64,000 nucleotides of DNA, taken from Eledone cirrhosa. Taxonomy: Eukaryota. The notes beneath the pieces are model-generated. The model ran no database searches, was not told the DNA's origin, and was given only the letters and a program-made list of their open reading frames with translations. This document shows, in pieces, positions 37,900 to 52,087 of this stretch (position 1 is its first letter; each line of letters begins with the position of its first letter). The position numbers and the translations under genes were made by a program. The DNA lies in NCBI GenBank assembly GCA_964016885.1, contig OZ024743.1, positions 86,614,001 through 86,678,000 on the forward strand, read 5' to 3'.

Positions 37900-38520
37900 T
37901 GTAATACAATTTTTAAAAAAACAATTATAATAATAAACAAGTTATTAATTTTCCTAATATTTCTTATATAATGTTCTTTCCTCCAGTAATTATTCCGAAT
38001 AAAACACAACTTCCAATTGTTCCAGTGGGTAAACATTGAAGCTTGTTTGTTAGTTGAAGGTAAAATTTGATCCTCACAAAATAATTGTTAATTTACTTAC
38101 AGAAGTTGAATGACGAGTCAGAAAGTAGGTCATAGACGATCAACGTAAGACTTTGATGCTTAATAATATTGTAAATATATAATCAAACTAAACTGTATAA
38201 GACACTGTATGTTCTTTTAAATGACTAGTATGATTCTTTGTATGATTCTTTATAATGATGCAACTTGCCTTAGCTACAACATATAGGATCTCAGATAAAA
38301 TTTCTTAAAAAGGTACAGCAAAATAAATAAATAAAATAAAAAATTAAATGCATTTTCAGATGGAGAAACTGTAAATATATATATATGTCAACCATTTGAG
38401 TGCATAAAAATTTTCTTTCTAGCATTTTGTGTTTTGTTTGTTTTAGGTATCTGCGACCAAAACTTAAGCTTAGAATGTGTCTTTATGTATTCTCTACATA
38501 ATTTACCTTCCATTTGGCAT

Positions 38521-39471
38521 CTATTCTTGGAGGATTTTCTTGAGAGATTTAGAAAAATCTTTGACTTTTGATTCATAATTATTGTCTGAGTGTTTACTCA
38601 TTGATAGTTTCGCGAAACATCCATTTATGTCGTAGCTCCAATATGGCAGAGAGTAGTTATACTCAGATGTTCCACTACTAAACCTCGTTGTCTTTCTGGG
38701 TACCTGTAATTTACTGAGGACATTATAGCTCAAACAATGGTTCTGTCGACGAGGAGTTTGCTTGTTGCTTGTTGTGATATCTCCACAAGCTGGTTGTAAG
38801 AAAGTGTTAATATTATTATTGTAGTTGTTGCTGTTGTTGGTATTACTCTTGATATTGTTGTTGTTGCTGTTAATATTGTTGTAGTTGTTGTCATCATTTC
38901 CTTTTACTTCCATTTCAGATCGAGTCCGTACTAAACGAACTTTCTTCACTGTCAAATCATCAGTTAAAACCATATCGCTTTTCCGTAAAAAGTCCCAATT
39001 GTTAATAGAAGTCACATTTCTCTTTAGATTCGTTTCATGTTGTCTACGTTTAACCAAATTCTTTAAAGTCCATCTTGATTCTGTGCTCTGTCGTTTGTCA
39101 TTTAGTGATGTAACATCCATTGTTTTCAATCTCTCTATTTCACCTCTGGAATTCATTTTCATGTTGTGTATTTTCAAGTCATTTGATGAAGCAACCTTTA
39201 GATGGCTGCTCCCATTATTATCATCTATGAAATAAATACTGCCATTATTACTACTAGTACCTAACAATCTTGAGAAAGATTTACCGGCTTGGATGTTTCT
39301 ATGACCAAATGTTGGCTTGGTAATTATCTTCTGGCACGATGCTTCTTTAATGAAACTTTTTTGTTGTACTTTATCAACTTGTTCCAATTGCTTTCGTATC
39401 AGAATCTCTGTAAGTCTGTTAACTGGGTTCTGTCTTTCTTTTATTCCACGTGATTTTAGATTTGAGGTCAT
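38521..39471 (-). CDS. Unique 316-aa ORF, Asn/Ser/Lys-rich; possible host coding exon
   Basis: 951-nt open frame in AT-rich non-repeat DNA; no recognisable domain. Confidence 0.45.
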   Translation of the reverse strand: MTSNLKSRGIKERQNPVNRLTEILIRKQLEQVDKVQQKSFIKEASCQKIITKPTFGHRNIQAGKSFSRLLGTSSNNGSIYFIDDNNGSSHLKVASSNDLKIHNMKMNSRGEIERLKTMDVTSLNDKRQSTESRWTLKNLVKRRQHETNLKRNVTSINNWDFLRKSDMVLTDDLTVKKVRLVRTRSEMEVKGNDDNNYNNINSNNNNIKSNTNNSNNYNNNINTFLQPACGDITTSNKQTPRRQNHCLSYNVLSKLQVPRKTTRFSSGTSEYNYSLPYWSYDINGCFAKLSMSKHSDNNYESKVKDFSKSLKKILQE

Positions 39472-39514
39472 AATTCAGTGTAAGAAAGTAAAAGACAGAT
39501 ATAGACAGTGGAAG

Positions 39515-40315
39515 AGAGAGTGATGATAGAGATAGATAGATAGATTGATAGGTAGATAGAGTGATGATAGAGATAGATAGGTAGATAGATAGAGTGATGA
39601 CAGAGATAGATAGGTAGATAGATAGATAGATAGAGTGATGACAGAGATAGATAGATAGGTAGATAGAGTGATGACAGAGATAGATAGATAGATAGAGTGA
39701 TGAAAGAGATAGATAGATAGGTAGATAGAGTGATGACAGAGATAGATAGATAGATAGAGTGATGACAGAGATAGATAGATAGGTAGAGTGATGACAGAGA
39801 TAGATAGGTAGATAGAGTGATGACAGAGATAGACAGCTAGAGAGAGTAATGACAGAGATAGACAGCTAGATAGAGTAATGACAGAGATAGATAGACAGCT
39901 AGATAGAGTAATGACAGAGATAGATAGATAGGTAGAGTGATGACAGAGATAGATAGATAGATAGATAGAGTGATGACAGAGATAGATAGATAGATAGAGT
40001 GATGACAGAGATAGATAGATAGATAGATAGAGTGATGACAGAGATAGATAGATAGATAGGTAGAGTGATGACAGAGATAGATAGATAGATAGGTAGAGTG
40101 ATGACAGAGATAGACAGCTAGATAGAGTAATGACAGAGATAGATAGACAGCTAGATAGAGTAATGACAGAGATAGATAGATAGGTAGAGTGATGACAGAG
40201 ATAGATAGATAGATAGATAGAGTGATGACAGAGATAGATAGATAGATAGAGTAATGACAGAGATAGATAGATAGGTAGAGTGATGACAGAGATAGATAGA
40301 TAGGTAGAGTGATGA
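39515..40315. repeat. Compound minisatellite GAGTGATGACAGA(GATA)n
   Basis: Many units of variable length. Confidence 0.9.
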
Positions 40316-40604
40316 GGTGGCAAGCTGTGGAAATGTAAGCAGTACCTTCTTCAACAGGCAGCTTACGCAAATGAGTTCAAAATGATGGAGATGGAGACAG
40401 GTACATATCCTGCATTCAAACACGTAATTCCTCTCCCCCCCCTCTCTCTATCTATCTATCTATACACACATATATATCATCTACCTCTCTCTCTTTTTCT
40501 CTCTCACACACCTATCTCTCTTACACTCTCTCACACAATATCTTTCATTAATTGAACTGTGCCAGAATATTCGTGCGATATTAATTTAGAATTAGCAGAC
40601 AGAA

Positions 40605-40990
40605 CCCGCCATCACCATCACCACTACAACTGCTGCTAGCACAACCACCACCACCACCACCACCACCACCAGCACCAGCACCACCACCACCAGCACCAGC
40701 ACCAAGAACAATCACTAACCAACTACCACCACTACCATCACCAGCACCAACCACTACCACCAACCACCATCACCATCACCATCAACCACCATCACCACCA
40801 GCAACACCACCAGCAACACCACCAGCCCCCCCCCACAACCACCATCACCACAATCACCAACCATCTACTACCACCACCACCACCACCACCACCACCACCA
40901 CCACTGCCACTGCCACCACCACCACCACCATCGCCAACCACCACCACCACCACTGCCACCACCACCACCACCATCAACCTCCCCCACCAA
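40605..40990. repeat. (CAC)n-type microsatellite
   Basis: Direct observation. Confidence 0.85.
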
Positions 40991-41281
40991 CACTATCATG
41001 ACCATCAAAGAAAGACCTATATAAAACAATAGCAGACTAAAACGTGTGGTAATTATTAAGACGGCCATTGATTGGTGAGACATCGACCAGGCAGAGATTT
41101 TGCCGGAAGTAGAAACTGGGGAAGGAGCCAAACTGTTAGTGTTTTGTCAGGAATGGTGAAAGCCGTTCTCACTGTTTTCTACTATCGTATGTGTGTGTAT
41201 ATATGTTTATCTATCTATCTATCTATCTATAGACAGACAGATAGATATATTTCTAAATAAATAAATAAATGTATTTTTCTA

Positions 41282-41336
<55 letters not shown>

Positions 41337-41702
41337 ATCTATCTATCTGTCTGTCTCTCTGTCTCTGTCTCTGTCTCTCTGTCTGTCTGTCTGTCTGTCT
41401 GTATCTCTCTCTCTACACACACACATACATATATATGTGTGTGTAGAAAGAAAGATCTGTAACTTCTGATGGTGTTGTAGGGGCACTGTAGTGACATTTT
41501 GAACATGGTGGAACCCATCCCTCTCAAGGTCTAAAAACAGCTGATTTCATCCAGAGAGAGAGGGGGGGGGGGTTAGAGTGAAAAAGAGTTATAGAAAAGA
41601 ATTGATCCCAGTACAGCACTGGTACTTTATTTATTGACCTCAACTATGAAATAAAGGCTGTCATTATTACTATATAATCCTCGTCATCGCTGCTGCCGTC
41701 CG

Positions 41703-41733
<31 letters not shown>

Positions 41734-42404
41734 TCCGCCCCTCCTCCACCTCCTCCTCCTCCTCCTCCTCATCATCATCATCATCATGATTTACTGTACA
41801 CTTAACCAGCTAGCAAATGTTGGAAAGGTTGTCACAGACCATGTCAGTACTTAATCGGATCCTCTGACCTCTCAGATGCACTGGCGGCCCACATTTTACT
41901 TACATGGGTTCCTACTTTCTACAGAGTGTGGCTGGTTAATTCTAGCACCAGCACTAGAGAGGTTCTCATGCCTTTGACACAACTGAATAATCCTCTCTAT
42001 TCATAGTTAACAAGTTTTCTATGACTCTATGTCCTTCTAACCAATCACCAACCACTTTACAAAGTGCATTGGGTCTGTTTTATCATGACATCAACACAAG
42101 AGAAGAAACCTCTCAACTCTTTTTTTGGCATGATCCCTACAGATAGATGCCCTTCCTATCACTACCCACCTTACTTAGTGCATTGGATACATTTTTCATA
42201 GCATCAGTATTAAGGAAGTTGTTATGTCATTACTGGAAGGTCTTCTTAATTCTTTTTGGTATGGTTTCTATGATTGGAAACCCTTTCTAATGCCAACCAT
42301 TTTACAGAGTGCACTGGGTGTGTTTTATGCATATATATTTAATAAGCAAGTACTTCAAGTTCAACAGTGTCACAAAAAAGTTTAGAAATTGTGAATTTTA
42401 TTCC

Positions 42405-43290
42405 TTGAAGGTTCTATAGAAGTAGTTGATAGATTCTGTTACTCAGGTGACCTAATTAGTAGCGAAGGAAGTACTTATGAAAGCACAGTAGCTAGAATAA
42501 GAGGAGGATTAAAAAGATTTAGAGAGCTGCTTCCTCTGTTGGCAATAACGGGTTTCTCTCTCCAAGTGAAGAGTAGATTGTATGAGAAATGGTAGTGAGA
42601 CATGGGAGGTGAATGCAGGGGTATGTGAAGGCTGGAAAGAAGCTGGTCAAAACTGGTGAGCCAGACCAAGGCATCATTTGAAGCATTATGGATTACCTCC
42701 AGGCAACCAGGAAAACATCTGCAGGGGCAATGCCGAACAACATGCAGTACTGTCTGGTCAGGGTCCCCACAGTCACATGATGTCCAGGCATGTGTTGTGT
42801 GGACAGATTAAGGGACACCCATTCCTTTATATGTGGGGTCCTGGACAAGGTCCTGGTTGTCAAATTTGGACTCATTCCATGATCTTTGCCACTCTTCCTT
42901 CAGCTCAAAGTTATTGTTCTAAAGGGTTTTCATTGACTCCCAGAATGGTTTGCGTGATTTCAAGTGCATGTTGCGAAGGTTTTCCAAGTCATCATGGATG
43001 GGAAGGTCAGGCTTGGATTTGGTAAGAAGTACTGTTTCGCAGATCACCTCTTCATGTGAGAAGGAGCTATATGAGAAAGGGTAGGCAGCCACTGAATTGG
43101 TTTAGATTTCAGTGTGCCAGACACACAGATGAGCTGGAAGAAAACTGGGTATAGAGAAGAGAAGATTGTGCTGGTATGGACAAGATTGTTGAGTGAAGAA
43201 ATGCCAGGAGATCCCAGTGGAAACCTGGGCAGAAATGATGCAAGTTGATTTCAAAATGCTGAGCCTCATGGAGGAGATGACAGAGGAGAA
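42405..43290 (+). mobile_element. Highly decayed RTE remnants (pieces ~42405-42660 and ~43120-43290)
   Basis: EGSIEVVDRFCYSGDLISSEG..STVARIRGGLKRFRELLPL; KKCQEIPVE..TWAE. Confidence 0.55.
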
Positions 43291-43305
43291 GACCCATTCA
43301 ACCCA

Positions 43306-44080
43306 TGTGGTGGTGGTAGTGGTGGTGGTGGTGGTAGTGGTGATGATGGTGGTGGTGGTGGTGGTAGTGGTGGTGGTGGTGGTGGTGGTGGTGGTAGTGG
43401 TGATGGTGGTGGTGGTGGTAGTGGTGGTGGTGGTGGTGGTGGTGGTAGTGGTGGTGGTGGTGGTGGTGGTGGTGGTGGTGGTGGTGATGGTGGTGATGGT
43501 GGTGGTGGTGGTAGTGGTGGTGGTGGTGGTGGTAGTGGTGATGGCGGTGGTGGTGGTAGTGGTGGTGGTGGTGGTGGTGGTAGTGGTGGTGGTGGTGGTG
43601 GTGGTGGTGGTGGTGGTGGTGGTGGTGGTGATGGTGGTGATGGTGGTGGTGGTGGTAGTGGTGGTGGTGGTGGTGGTAGTGGTGATGGTGGTGGTGGTGG
43701 TAGTGGTGGTGGTGGTGGTGGTGGTGGTAGTGGTGGTGGTGGTGGTGGTGGTGGTGGTGGTGGTGGTGGTAGTGGTGATGGTGGTGATGGTGGTGGTGGT
43801 GGTAGTGGTGGTGGTGGTGGTGGTAGTGGTGATGGCGGTGGTGGTGGTAGTGGTGGTGGTGGTGGTGGTGGTAGTGGTGGTGGTGGTGGTGGTGGTGGTG
43901 GTGGTGGTGGTGGTGGTGGTGGTGATGGTGGTGATGGTGGTGGTGGTGGTAGTGGTGGTGGTGGTGGTGGTAGTGGTGATGGCGGTGGTGGCGGTAGTGG
44001 TGGTGGTGGTGGTAGTAGTGGTGGTGGTGGTGGTAATGGTGGTAGTGGTGGTGGTGGTAGTAGTAATAGCGGTGGTGGTA
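43306..44080. repeat. (GGT)n array with higher-order variant pattern
   Basis: GTA/ATG/GCG interruptions recur periodically. Confidence 0.95.
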
Positions 44081-44224
44081 GAGTAATAGAAGTAACAATA
44101 GTAATCCTTACAACAATAACAAGTACTACAACAACAACAACAACAACAACTACAACAACAATAACACTACAATAATAAGTAAAACTACGACAACAGCTAC
44201 AACAACAATAACAACCACTAAAGA

Positions 44225-44530
44225 GTAAAGACTCCTTTGGTCACCAATCACCATGGGATTTGCAGCTAGAAAGTTCCCCTTTGAGACATAAGTCCGGGCG
44301 ATGTTGTTTGTGGAAGACCAGCAGTCGCCCATGCATACCAGTCTCCCCCTCTCCATTCCACCGTTTTGTCCAAGGGACAGGCTATGGCTGACACAGCTTG
44401 GCACCCGTGACATTGCAACTCATTTCTACAGCTGAGTTAACTGGAGCAACGTGGAATAAAGTGTCTTGCTCAAGGACACAACACAAAGCCCAGTACGAGA
44501 ATTGAACTCACAACCTCATGATTGTAAGGC
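44225..44530 (-). mobile_element. CORE-SINE
   Basis: Reverse complement of the 36676-37020 family. Confidence 0.7.
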
Positions 44531-45149
44531 CAATACTTGAATCACAAAGCCACTACAATAATAGCAACCACTACCACAACAACCACTACAACAATAACAA
44601 CCTAACCACCACCACCACCACCACCACCACAACAACAACATTGAAGAGGTCAACAGAAACAAACAACACAATGGCAACAGTTGTAGCGATAATAGCAACG
44701 CCAATACACAACAACAACAACAACAATAACCACCATCACCATCTTCATCATCATCACCTCCGTCTTCACCATTACTTCCACCAACGTAATTATCATCATC
44801 ATCATCATCATCATCATGATCATCATCATTGCAAGCATCAATCATTGTTGTAGTGGTGATGATAGTGATGTAGCTGATAATGATGGTGGTGCCAGCAGTG
44901 ATATTGTTTATGATGATGTTGATTATGTTGATGATGATGGTGGTGATGATGATGATGATGATGATGGTAATGATGATGATGATGATGATGATGATGGTAA
45001 TGATGATGGTGGTGATGATGGTAATGATGATGATGATGATGATGACAATAATAAAGAATGCTGCCAGGAAACCCTTTTGACACAGATCCAAAGCCAGGGT
45101 GAAATACAGGTTAGGTCACGAGTGGGGGTTAGTGGTGGGGGAGAGAGGG

Positions 45150-46361
45150 GAGATCATACCCACCACCACCACCACACCCACCACACCTGCCACTTTTGCC
45201 AGTGTCAACATCAGCTCCATTGCCACCACCACCACCACCACTAGAACATCCACCACAGCATCAACAACAGCTCTACCACATACACCACTACAACCACCAC
45301 CAACACCACCGCTACTACCACCACCACAAACACCACAATCACCACCATCACAACCATACCACCACCATCATCACCACCACCATCACAAACACCACCACCA
45401 CCACAACCATCACCATCACCACCACAAACACCACAAACACCACTCCACCCCACCACCAACACCACCACAACCACCACCACAACACTACCATCACACCCAA
45501 CACCACAAACACCACAAACACCACTCCACCCCACCACCAACACCACCACAACCACCACCACAACACTACCATCACACCCAACACCACAAACACCACAAAC
45601 ACCACCCCACCACCAACACCACCACCACAACCACCACCACTACAACACTACCATCACACCCAACACCACAAACACCACAAACACCACCCCACCACCAACA
45701 CCACCACAACCACCACCACCATCACAACCACCACCACAACACTACCATCACACCCAACACCACAAACACCACAAACACCACTCCACCCCACCACCAACAC
45801 CACCACCACCACCACAACACTACCATCACACCCAACACCACAAACACCACAAACACCACTCCACCCCACCACTAACACCACCACCACCACCACCACCACA
45901 ACACTACCATCACACCCAACACCACAAACACCATAAACACCACCCCACCACCAACACCACCACAACCACCACCACTATCACAACCCCACCCCTCCATCAC
46001 AACCACCATCACAACACTACCATCAAACCCAACACCACAAACACCACAAACACAACCCCACCCCACCACCACAACCACCACCACAACCACCACCACCACC
46101 ACCACTGTCACCACCACCACCACCACCACCACCACCACCACCACAACCACCACCACAAACACCACCACCACCACCACCACAACCACCACCACAAACACCA
46201 CCACCACCACCACCACCATCACCACCTCCACCTTAATCATCACAGATGACTTATTTCATGATTGTCGACATATGGCATGGCTGCACAGAAGCAACAACAG
46301 CATCAATAATAACACCACCAACAAAAGCAACAATATTAGCAACACCACCTCCACCACCACC

Positions 46362-46393
<32 letters not shown>

Positions 46394-46520
46394 CAAGAGC
46401 ACCACCATCACCACCACCATCACTATAACCACCACCACCACCACCACCACAACCACCAACAATAACAACAACAGCAACAAGAGCACCAGCCCCCCCCCCC
46501 CCCCCCCCACCCCCACCACT
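45150..46520. repeat. (CAC/CAA)n-derived minisatellite with ~70-bp higher-order unit
   Basis: Recurring acactaccatcacacccaacaccacaaacaccacaaacacc. Confidence 0.88.
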
Positions 46521-46680
46521 ATCAACAGAACAGTGTGCCAGTAAAACTAGCTTTGACTCAGGCTAGATCCTGCAACCTCCCAGTTACGGTCTGTTGATTC
46601 TAACAAAGAACAAAAGAAATAATCGATCAATCACCACAAAGGAAGGATGATAAGGAATACAACAGAAAATAAACAGAAAA

Positions 46681-46726
<46 letters not shown>

Positions 46727-46786
46727 TCACCATCATCATGATGATATATATATATATATTTATACATATATATATATATATATATA

Positions 46787-46972
46787 AAACAAAGGAATTG
46801 TGGTAAGGAACCAGATGGACCATAACGCACCAGAGTACTCAATATTTAGGGTAGTAGAGTGGGAAATAGGAAAAAGTATGACCCCGACGGCAGAGCTCAA
46901 GCCGTTTTGACGGCGATTTCTGGAAATAGCCGTCGAAAAGGCTTGAGCTCTGCCGTCGGGGTCATACTTTTT

Positions 46973-46977
<5 letters not shown>
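46787..46977 (+). mobile_element. Unclassified repeat ending in a 112-bp palindrome, in (TA)n
   Basis: Hairpin 46866-46977; related inverted copy at 61262-61455. Confidence 0.6.
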
Positions 46978-47045
<68 letters not shown>

Positions 47046-47313
47046 GAAGAAATAGTATATATTTTAATATCTGATGATTCTAAAGACATGATTTATGATA
47101 TATATATATATATATCACCATCATCATGATATATATATATATGGGTATATATATATATGTATATATATATAAATATATTTGTGCTCTATCCCTCTCTCTC
47201 TGTATATATATATATATGATACATATATAATATATGTCTAACTCATGCAAGCATGGAAAAATAGATGTTAAATGATGATGATATACCTACATAAATGTAC
47301 ATACAGATAAGTA

Positions 47314-47317
<4 letters not shown>

Positions 47318-47372
<55 letters not shown>

Positions 47373-47559
47373 GTGTGTACGTATGTATGTAAATATGCAT
47401 GTATGTATGTATATATGTATGTATGTATATATGTAAGTATGTATGTATATATATGTATATATGTATGTATATATGTATATATGTATATATGTATATATGT
47501 ATATATGTATGTATATATGTATGAATGTATGTATGTATGCATGTATGTATATATGTATG

Positions 47560-47592
<33 letters not shown>

Positions 47593-47897
47593 GTATATAT
47601 GTATATATATATATGTATGTATGTATGTATATATGTATATATATATGTATGTATGTATATGTATGTATATATGTATGTATATATATATATGTATGCATGT
47701 ATGTATATATATATATATATGTATATATATGTATGTATGTATATATGTATGTATGTATGTATGTATATATGTATGTATGTATATATATATATGTATGTAT
47801 GTATATATGTATATATGTATGTATGTATATATGTATGTATATATGTATGAATGTATATATGTATGCATGTATGTATATATGTATGTATATATATATG

Positions 47898-47930
<33 letters not shown>

Positions 47931-48063
47931 GTATATATATATGTATGTATGTATATATGTATATATATATGTATGTATGTATGTATATATGTATGTATAT
48001 ATGTATGTATATATATATATGTATGTATGCATGTATGTATGTATATATATATATGTATATATG

Positions 48064-48094
<31 letters not shown>

Positions 48095-48121
48095 ATATAT
48101 ATATGTATATATGTATGTATG

Positions 48122-48155
<34 letters not shown>

Positions 48156-48165
48156 TGTATGTATG

Positions 48166-48197
<32 letters not shown>

Positions 48198-48245
48198 TGT
48201 ATGTATGTATGTATATATATATATGTATATATGTATGTATATATG

Positions 48246-48279
<34 letters not shown>

Positions 48280-48315
48280 TGTATGTATGTATATATATAT
48301 ATGTATATATGTATG

Positions 48316-48349
<34 letters not shown>

Positions 48350-48369
48350 TGTATGTATATATATATATG

Positions 48370-48403
<34 letters not shown>

Positions 48404-48431
48404 TATATATATATGTATATATGTATGTATG

Positions 48432-48465
<34 letters not shown>

Positions 48466-48485
48466 TGTATGTATATATATATATG

Positions 48486-48519
<34 letters not shown>

Positions 48520-48553
48520 TGTATATATATATATATGTATATATGTATGTATA

Positions 48554-48589
<36 letters not shown>

Positions 48590-48611
48590 TGTATGTATGT
48601 ATGTATGTATG

Positions 48612-48642
<31 letters not shown>

Positions 48643-48655
48643 GTATGTATGTATG
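47318..48655. repeat. (TATG)n/(TA)n compound microsatellite
   Basis: Direct observation. Confidence 0.95.
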
Positions 48656-48976
48656 AACAGAAGCGTGAAAGCAAGAGAGTGTAATGATGTTGCTGTAGGT
48701 GTCTTAAACATACCTCAACAGGGATTTCAAAACTGCAGTTGTGCAAGTAACTATCTATTTATCTTTCTATCTATCTACCTATATCTACCTATATATCTAC
48801 CTATATCTACCTATATCTACCTATATATCTATCTATATATCTACCTATATCTACCTATATCTATCTATATATCTAGCTATCTTTCTACCGATATATCTAT
48901 TTATCAGTCTATCTATCTATCTATCTATATATCTATCTATATATCTAGCTATCTGTCTAGCTATATATCTATCTAT

Positions 48977-49083
<107 letters not shown>

Positions 49084-49496
49084 TATATATAAATGAAAAG
49101 TATAGAAATTATTGTGAGCGTGAAGCCAACTGTATTTCATAATATATAAGTGACTATATATATATATATATATATATATACAATATATATATATATATAC
49201 AATATATATACAATATATTAACAAATGGAAACTAGATTTATAAAACCATATTTATTTTATTATACATATTTCAAGGGCCACCAAGGCAAATTATGGTGCG
49301 CTTTCATCAGATAAAATACAATACAGATTTGTTTTATAAATAAATATTGACATACCCTGAAAAAAGACAACCTTAACGGTTGGAGCTTCCTGGATAATAT
49401 ATTGTATATTTACTCCACTAACTTGTTGAGTGCTTTATATCAGTTATAAAAATGTTAAAGCTTGTTGAATCCCAACAAATTAAATATAACCTCGGC

Positions 49497-49527
<31 letters not shown>

Positions 49528-49612
49528 ATAAATATATCTGTCTATCTATCTATTTATCTGTCTATTTATCTATCTATCTAGCTAGCTATCTGTCTACCTA
49601 TCTATTAATCTC

Positions 49613-49649
<37 letters not shown>

Positions 49650-50205
49650 ATCATCATCACCGTTTTACGTCCGTTCTTCCATGCTAGCATGGGTTAGACG
49701 GGTTGTCCTGTTGTGGGCAGTGTCTGGTCGGCTGACCATGCCTTGCTCATACAGGAACTTATTTGGCTTGATTTCTACAGCTGGATGCCCTTCCTAACAC
49801 CAACCTCATGGGTGCTTTTCCGTGGCGCCTACACGTCCACTTTACAGTGTGGGCTGGGTGCTTTTTTGCCGTGGCACCTCCACGACCACTTTGCAGTGGG
49901 AGGGTGTGGGGGCATATTGTCTATATGCTTCAGCTTGTACCCATGGGAGGTCGGGTACTCTGTATTACTGCGTGACGCCAGAGGTCACGGTCATGTGTCA
50001 TCGCCTTTGAGAGGTGTAATTGGGTAAGGTCGGCTTTTATCACTTCATCCCAGGTCTTCTTGGGTCTCCCCACTCCGCGGTTTCCATTGACTTCTAGTGT
50101 TCTGCACCTTTTTATGCAGCTGTCATCCTTCATACGCATCACATGTCCATACCAACGCAACCACCTCTCCTGCACACAGTATTTGATTCCTCTTATGCTC
50201 AGTCT
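49650..50205 (-). mobile_element. RTE family C 3' fragment
   Basis: Matches 10735-11310. Confidence 0.88.
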
Positions 50206-50404
50206 CTCTCTCTCTCTCTCTCTTTCAATCGTAAGGTTGTGAGTTCGATTCCCGGACCAGGCGATGCGTTATGTCCTTGAGCAAGACACTTTATTTCACG
50301 TTGCTCCTTCTACCTGGAGTTGCGACCGATAGATAGTATTAGCAATTGGAAAGACCAACGGAAACATTGTTCCCTCGGTCCGATTTGACGAAAGTCGATC
50401 GTTC

Positions 50405-50446
<42 letters not shown>

Positions 50447-50763
50447 AACTATCTGTGTATGTATGTAAGTATGCATCTCTCTATCTCTCTCTATCAGTCC
50501 CTCACTCTCTCTCTCTACACATACACATATATATATACGTATATATATATATGTATATATAGAGAGAGAGGGCATTATATATATATATAAAATTATCTAT
50601 TCATTTATGTAACTTTCTATGTATTTATCACATTCTCAATCTATCTCTCTCTCAATCAATCTCTCTCTCTCTCTCTCAATTTATCTATCTATCTCACTAT
50701 CAATCTATCTATCTTCTATCTATCTATTTGTTTGTCTCTCTGTCTATCTTCTATCTATCTGTT

Positions 50764-50808
<45 letters not shown>

Positions 50809-51169
50809 ATCTATCTATCTATCTATGAGTAAGTAAAGTCATATGTTTAGCTAATGACAGTTTAGTTCCTGGTTTCATGTTGTCTTGAGCAAGACACTTC
50901 ATTTCATGCTGCTCCAGTTCAATCAGCTGTACCTAAAATCCAAGGGGTCAATCTTGTCATATGCCATATCATGTTGAATCTCCCTGAGAACTATATTAAA
51001 GGTACATTTGTCTGTGGAATGCTCGGTCACTTACAAGTTGATTTTATCAGAAGACAGTTTCTTTAGTCAATCAATTGGAACACTCATCAATGTAACTGAT
51101 GGAGATCCAACTCACATATACACAGACAGACAGACACATATATGTATGTATGTATTCATGTATGTATCT

Positions 51170-51795
51170 ATGTCAGGTCACCAGTTGGTGCTACTGGTAA
51201 CATGTATCCCAGTACAACCTGTCTCATGGTCGGGTCGTTGGCGACTAAACTGGCAACCCCACCAAGGTTTCTTGGTGAGGAGGGTGACTTTGGACATCCT
51301 GCAGGACTAAAAACAAAACCTGGGCAAAGGAGCTCTTAAGAGTCAATGGCCATCCAAAATCACTGGGAGAGATGACCCCTTAGCCTTTGTCAAGGCAGAA
51401 TTCTAGGAGAAGGAAAACTCTGATATAACACCTGCAACCCTGATGGTATCCAATGATGTTGACTTGTTCTTCTTTTTGGTAAATATCATCTTGGTTAAGA
51501 GAGTGGGACTGGCTTTGTGCAGTGCCTTTGCTCACTATAAAAGCTTCACGGCACAGGCATTGCTTTGTATCTGGAGATCTCTCTGCACTTGTCGTCACAT
51601 GGTACCAAAGGTAAAGCACTATGTGTCAATAATTGTCACAAGTGTAGTGTTTGTACCAGAGTTTTCAAGTCGCTGGCTGGACTAAAAAGTCACACTCGTT
51701 CAGCGCATTGGTAGGGGTTCTCCTACATGGATATAAAGTAGTGGCCGTACTCGAAAACGAGTTGGCAGCCACCATGTATCTATGTATGTATGTAT
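51170..51795 (+). mobile_element. Internally deleted RTE-BovB-type element: 5' UTR-like part joined to a C2H2-encoding 3' end and (ATGT)n tail
   Basis: CTAGGAGAAGGAAAACTCTGA motif; 51637-51714 translates HKCSVCTRVFKSLAGLKSHTRSAHW*. Confidence 0.55.
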
Positions 51796-51919
51796 TTTTT
51801 TATGAATGTATGTATGTATATATATATGTTGTTATTGTTGTTGTTACAGCTTGCACCTATGCATGTTTACCTGGCCTCCTCCAAGGTATATCTCATTGGA
51901 GGTGTCTTGGGTGATTTAA

Positions 51920-52087
51920 TGATAGGGACCCCAGTCCCTATCATCTCATTTCTACAGCTGAGTAAACTGGAGCAATGTGAAATAAAGTGTCTTGCTCAAG
52001 GAAACAACACATCACCCGGTTCGAGAATTGAACTCACCACCTTTCGATTGCAAGCCCAATGCTCTAACCACTAAGCCATGCGCCTTC
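51920..52087 (-). mobile_element. CORE-SINE 5' part ending in hairpin ATGATAGGGA-6-TCCCTATCAT
   Basis: A/B boxes and CORE-like segment on minus strand. Confidence 0.7.

Noticed and set aside
39475-40423. 282-aa and 177-aa Ser/Leu/Ile/Tyr-rich ORFs
   Set aside because: Translations of the (GATA)-based minisatellite
41010-41190. Unique stretch with ATTGG and GCCGGAAGT motifs (promoter-like)
   Set aside because: Short motifs alone are insufficient without transcript evidence
43193-48746. Long ORFs of poly-Val/His/Thr and YI/MYVC repeats
   Set aside because: Translations of (GGT)n, (CAC)n and (TATG)n microsatellites, open in several frames
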